Shown piece after piece: positions 60,750 through 64,000 of a stretch of 64,000 bases of DNA. The stretch's first letter is position 1. Each line of letters starts with the position of its first letter. Under the pieces are notes generated by a model. That model worked only from the letters and a program-made list of their open reading frames with translations, was not told the DNA's origin and searched no databases. The translations under genes were made by a program, and so were the position numbers. The DNA comes from Gammaproteobacteria bacterium. Its GTDB lineage: Bacteria > Pseudomonadota > Gammaproteobacteria > Eutrophobiales > Eutrophobiaceae. The stretch spans positions 1,472,001 through 1,536,000 of the forward strand of contig OZ220696.1 of the NCBI GenBank assembly GCA_965116495.1, given 5' to 3'.

Positions 60750-61260
60750 AATTACGAATTAGGAATTAGGAATTAGGAATTAGGAATTAGGGATGAATTT
60801 TGCTTCTTTCTGTCTCATTGTTTTGGTGATTGAGCCAGATAGTTTTAGAAGTTCCTCACAGTCTGCGACAACGGGGTTGATCTGTGCAGGTGTGAGTATG
60901 CCTGAATCCCGGAGTAAACGGAGCCAGTAGTGTGTTTCCCGGGCTTCCTTATAGGCAATGCTCATCTTGGAAATAAAATCCTTTGTTGACTGACCGCCGA
61001 TGGCCTCTTCCACGTTTGCGCCAATAGAGGTACCACTGCGAACCACCTGCTTTGACAAAACAAATTCCTTTTTCTCCTCTCGCAAATGACGGTAAACTTT
61101 CATAATACTCAGCGAAAAAGCATACGATTTTTCGCGTACAGGATTGTCCATTTTCATCCTTGACTCACTCCAATTCGTAGTCCCCAATTCCTAATTCGTA
61201 ATTCCTAATTCGTAATTCGTAATTCCTAATTCGTAATTCCTAATTCCTAATTCGTAATTG
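60750..61260 (-). mobile_element. Heptamer-array cassette carrying four-helix-bundle gene
   Basis: GAATTAG x5 at 60756-60790; ~13 in-phase (C/G)TAATTC-type units at 61170-61260. Confidence 0.75.
60780..61157 (-). CDS. Four helix bundle protein (TIGR02436 / 23S_rRNA_IVP family)
   Basis: KSYAFSL, LSKQVVRSGTSIGANVEEA, DFISKMSIAYKEARETHYWLRLL; visibly more AT-rich than neighbours. Confidence 0.92.
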   Translation of the reverse strand: MKMDNPVREKSYAFSLSIMKVYRHLREEKKEFVLSKQVVRSGTSIGANVEEAIGGQSTKDFISKMSIAYKEARETHYWLRLLRDSGILTPAQINPVVADCEELLKLSGSITKTMRQKEAKFIPNS

Positions 61261-62590
61261 TATTTATCACCTTGCGTACCGTGTCGAAGGTCTGGTCAAG
61301 CAGGTCCGGCGTGAATGTTAAAAACGGCGAGAACGCCAGGGTATCCATGCCGTGGCGCACCATCAGTCCCTGCTCAAAACATTTGACGTGGGCTTCCATT
61401 CCCCGGGCGCCCGGCGCGCCGGGACGCGGTTTCATTTCGATGGCGCCCATCAGGCCGAAATTACGTACGTCTATGACGTGGGGGGCATTCCGCAAGTCAT
61501 GCAACGCGGACTCAAAAATCGGTTCAAGCTCTCTCACCCTGGCGCCAATATCTTCCTCAACATAAATATCCAGCGCGGCGAGGCCTGCGGCTGCGGCTAC
61601 CGGGTGACCCGAATAGGTATAACCGTGGAAAAACTCGATGGCATGCTCGGGACCGTTCATGAAACTCCGGTAGATGTCATCACTGACCAGCACCGCGCCC
61701 ATGGGAATGACCCCGTTGGTAATCCCCTTGGCCGTGGTGATGATATCCGGCATCACGCCGAAGCGCTGGCAGCCGAATGGCGCGCCGATGCGATGGAACG
61801 CGGTAATCACTTCGTCAAATATCAGCAGGATACCGTGCTGCGTACAGATTTCCCGCAGGCGCTCCAGGTAACCCAGGGGTGGCACCAGCACGCCGGCTGA
61901 GCCGGATACGGGCTCCACGATTACCGCTGCAATATTTTCCGCATCATGCAACGCGACAATGCGTTCCAGTTCGTCGGCCAGGTGCCGGCCCCACTTGGGC
62001 TGGCCCTTGCTGAAGGCATTATGTTCCAGGTCAAGGACGTGGGGAAGATGGTCTACGTTCGGTAGCATGGCGTTGCCGAACATCTTGCGGTTTCCCGGGA
62101 TACCGCCCACCGACATCCCGCCGAAGTTGACACCATGGTAACCTCTCTCTCGCCCGATCAGCTTGATCCGGGTCCCGTCCCCGCGCACCCGGTGCCAGCC
62201 CAAGGCAATCTTCAAAGCGGTGTCTACGGCTTCCGAACCGGAATTGGTGAAGAACACATGGTCAAACCCGTCCGGCGCGAAATTGATTACCTTCTCTGCC
62301 AGTTCGAACGCCCCGGTATGGCCCACCTGGAAGGCTGCAGCGTAATCCAGCCTGGCAACCTGGTCCTGCACCGCCTTGACGATCCTGGGATGGCAGTGGC
62401 CCAGGCCGGTGCTCCATAACCCTGAAAAGGAATCCAGGACAGTCCGCCCTTCCCGGGTCCGGTAATAAAACCCCTGAGCGGACTCGATGATACGCGGGTC
62501 GTTCTTGAAGGCGCGATTCGCCGTATAGGGCAGCCAGTATGGCTCCAGGTTCAACTTAGTGCCGGTAACCGGCTTTGCAATATCGTCCAT
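61247..62590 (-). CDS. Class III omega-amino acid (beta-alanine):pyruvate aminotransferase
   Basis: YWLPYTANRAFK, FTNSGSEAVDTALK, GYHGVNFGG, FDEVIT, TAKG, FFHGYTYSGHP. Confidence 0.9.
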   Translation of the reverse strand: MDDIAKPVTGTKLNLEPYWLPYTANRAFKNDPRIIESAQGFYYRTREGRTVLDSFSGLWSTGLGHCHPRIVKAVQDQVARLDYAAAFQVGHTGAFELAEKVINFAPDGFDHVFFTNSGSEAVDTALKIALGWHRVRGDGTRIKLIGRERGYHGVNFGGMSVGGIPGNRKMFGNAMLPNVDHLPHVLDLEHNAFSKGQPKWGRHLADELERIVALHDAENIAAVIVEPVSGSAGVLVPPLGYLERLREICTQHGILLIFDEVITAFHRIGAPFGCQRFGVMPDIITTAKGITNGVIPMGAVLVSDDIYRSFMNGPEHAIEFFHGYTYSGHPVAAAAGLAALDIYVEEDIGARVRELEPIFESALHDLRNAPHVIDVRNFGLMGAIEMKPRPGAPGARGMEAHVKCFEQGLMVRHGMDTLAFSPFLTFTPDLLDQTFDTVRKVINTITN

Positions 62591-62721
62591 TAAACCAATT
62601 AAACAGAAACAGGTAATAAAAAGATAGCTGATTTAACCCGAAGAATAAAGACACGGGCGCGGATTAACAATACAATGTTTCCTCGCAGGAATTTATCCTT
62701 AATCGACACATTTAAGGCTGG

Positions 62722-63972
62722 ATGAACATGAGCGCAGTTATCAAGACCGATATTGACCGAATGATTGCCGGCTACCGCGACGGCCATTCCCTGGAGCAGC
62801 CATTTTACCTGTCGCCGGACATCTTTGCCCATGACATGGAGCGCCTGCTTTTCCGCAGATGGCTCCTGGTCGACCATGAATCACGCATCCCCGACAAGGG
62901 CGACTATTTCCTGTTTTACATTGCAAACGAGTCCCTCATCATCATTCGCGAGTCCGATGACAGGGTCAATGCTTTTTTCAACGTCTGCCGGCATCGCGGT
63001 TCGCGGGTGTGCCTGGAACAGCAGGGCAATAAAAGACTGCTCACCTGCCCCTACCACGCCTGGACCTACGACCTGAACGGGGAATTGCGGCCGCCGCAGT
63101 TGATGCCGGATGGTTTTGACAGGTCGCAACACAACCTGCATAAATGCCATGTGACCGTCTTCCACGGCTTTATCTTCGTGTGCCTGTCCGGGGATACTCC
63201 GCCTGATTTTGCCGAGGAATACGCACCCTTCGAAGAAATGCTGGGTTTTCACGGGTTCAAGGACGCGAAGATCGCAGTGAAGCGTGATTATCCGAACCGC
63301 TGCAACTGGAAACTGGTGGTGGAAAACTTTCTCGAATGCTACCACTGCGCCCCGTCGCACCCGGAATATTGCAGTGTCCATCCGCCCGACCAGTTGCTGG
63401 CGCTGGGGGCAGGTCCGGGCTCGGGCCCCGAGGAAGCCGTGGAGAAATACCAGCCCATACTGGATGAATGGACGGAAAAGACCCTGGCTATGGGCCACCC
63501 CGTCCCTGAGTTTGAACGGGATGAGTATTCCATTGATTTTGCACAGCTATCAAGAGTCCCGATCAATGACCGCAACTTTGCCTCGGAGACCCGGGACGGT
63601 AAACCCGGTTGCAGGAAACTGATGGGCGAATTCAGGGAATGCGATCACGGGGAAACGGCTTTCGTATTCAACCCGACCAATTACATCCTTGCGTTCAACG
63701 ATTTTGCGCTCATGGTGCGCTTCACGCCGCGGGATACCGTCAATACCGACGTGCAGTTCAGTTGGCTGGTGCACAAGGATGCCGAGGAAGGCGTGGATTA
63801 TGACCCGGAAAACCTGACCTGGGTGTGGCACGTGACCACACTACAAGACAAGAAGATCACCGAAGACAATAACGCAGGGATCATGTCCAGCCGTTACCGG
63901 CCCGGCCCTTATTCCATGCATGAAGGTAAGGTTGCGACGTTTATCCGCTGGTATTTGCACGGCATACGCTGA
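62722..63972 (+). CDS. Rieske oxygenase alpha subunit (GbcA/Stc2-like quaternary-amine group)
   Basis: CRHRG...CPYHAW Rieske motif; NWKLVVENFLECYHC..H; QD. Confidence 0.88.
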   Translation: MNMSAVIKTDIDRMIAGYRDGHSLEQPFYLSPDIFAHDMERLLFRRWLLVDHESRIPDKGDYFLFYIANESLIIIRESDDRVNAFFNVCRHRGSRVCLEQQGNKRLLTCPYHAWTYDLNGELRPPQLMPDGFDRSQHNLHKCHVTVFHGFIFVCLSGDTPPDFAEEYAPFEEMLGFHGFKDAKIAVKRDYPNRCNWKLVVENFLECYHCAPSHPEYCSVHPPDQLLALGAGPGSGPEEAVEKYQPILDEWTEKTLAMGHPVPEFERDEYSIDFAQLSRVPINDRNFASETRDGKPGCRKLMGEFRECDHGETAFVFNPTNYILAFNDFALMVRFTPRDTVNTDVQFSWLVHKDAEEGVDYDPENLTWVWHVTTLQDKKITEDNNAGIMSSRYRPGPYSMHEGKVATFIRWYLHGIR

Positions 63973-64000
63973 TAAATACCGGGAAACACCAATGGGGAGG

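Noticed and set aside
60756-60790. Eukaryotic telomere-like TTAGG contamination
   Set aside because: The period is 7 bp, arrays are inverted pairs and are embedded in bacterial gene ends at several sites
60780-61157. Diversity-generating retroelement or 23S rRNA intervening sequence
   Set aside because: No reverse transcriptase, no TR/VR pair and no rRNA sequence in the window

Overview
GC-rich (roughly 55-60% by eye) bacterial window, most consistent with a marine gammaproteobacterium; a host-associated lifestyle is only an inference. It is packed with catabolic modules. (1) A GntR-controlled aromatic meta-cleavage lower pathway (GST, heme-binding protein, dmpC/E/F/G/H) followed by YCF48, RND/MMPL and DUF1302 envelope genes. 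(2) A TonB-dependent receptor coupled to a complete urease operon ureDABCEFG. (3) Methylated-amine catabolism: three GcvT-family dehydrogenases, non-pyrrolysine MttB plus corrinoid protein, two BCCT carriers, a GlxA/GbdR-type regulator and a Rieske oxygenase. (4) A TBDR/TPR-sulfotransferase/Asp-beta-hydroxylase cluster. (5) An RTX/PPC protein and an orphan TupA. (6) A TBDR-gloA-dke1 module. (7) A Tat-exported vanadium haloperoxidase with a porin. (8) A collapsed rpe-trpG relic. (9) An SpdH-like oxidoreductase and an omega-aminotransferase. At least five families of small repeats are interspersed. The most striking unexplained structure is a polar cassette bounded by inverted (GAATTAN)n heptamer arrays. 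It sits at gene stop codons and occurs four times: once carrying a four-helix-bundle gene, twice carrying a conserved ~88-bp non-coding core, and once as a leader-only remnant. No rRNA, tRNA or CRISPR array was seen. All product calls come from motif recognition, not database searches.
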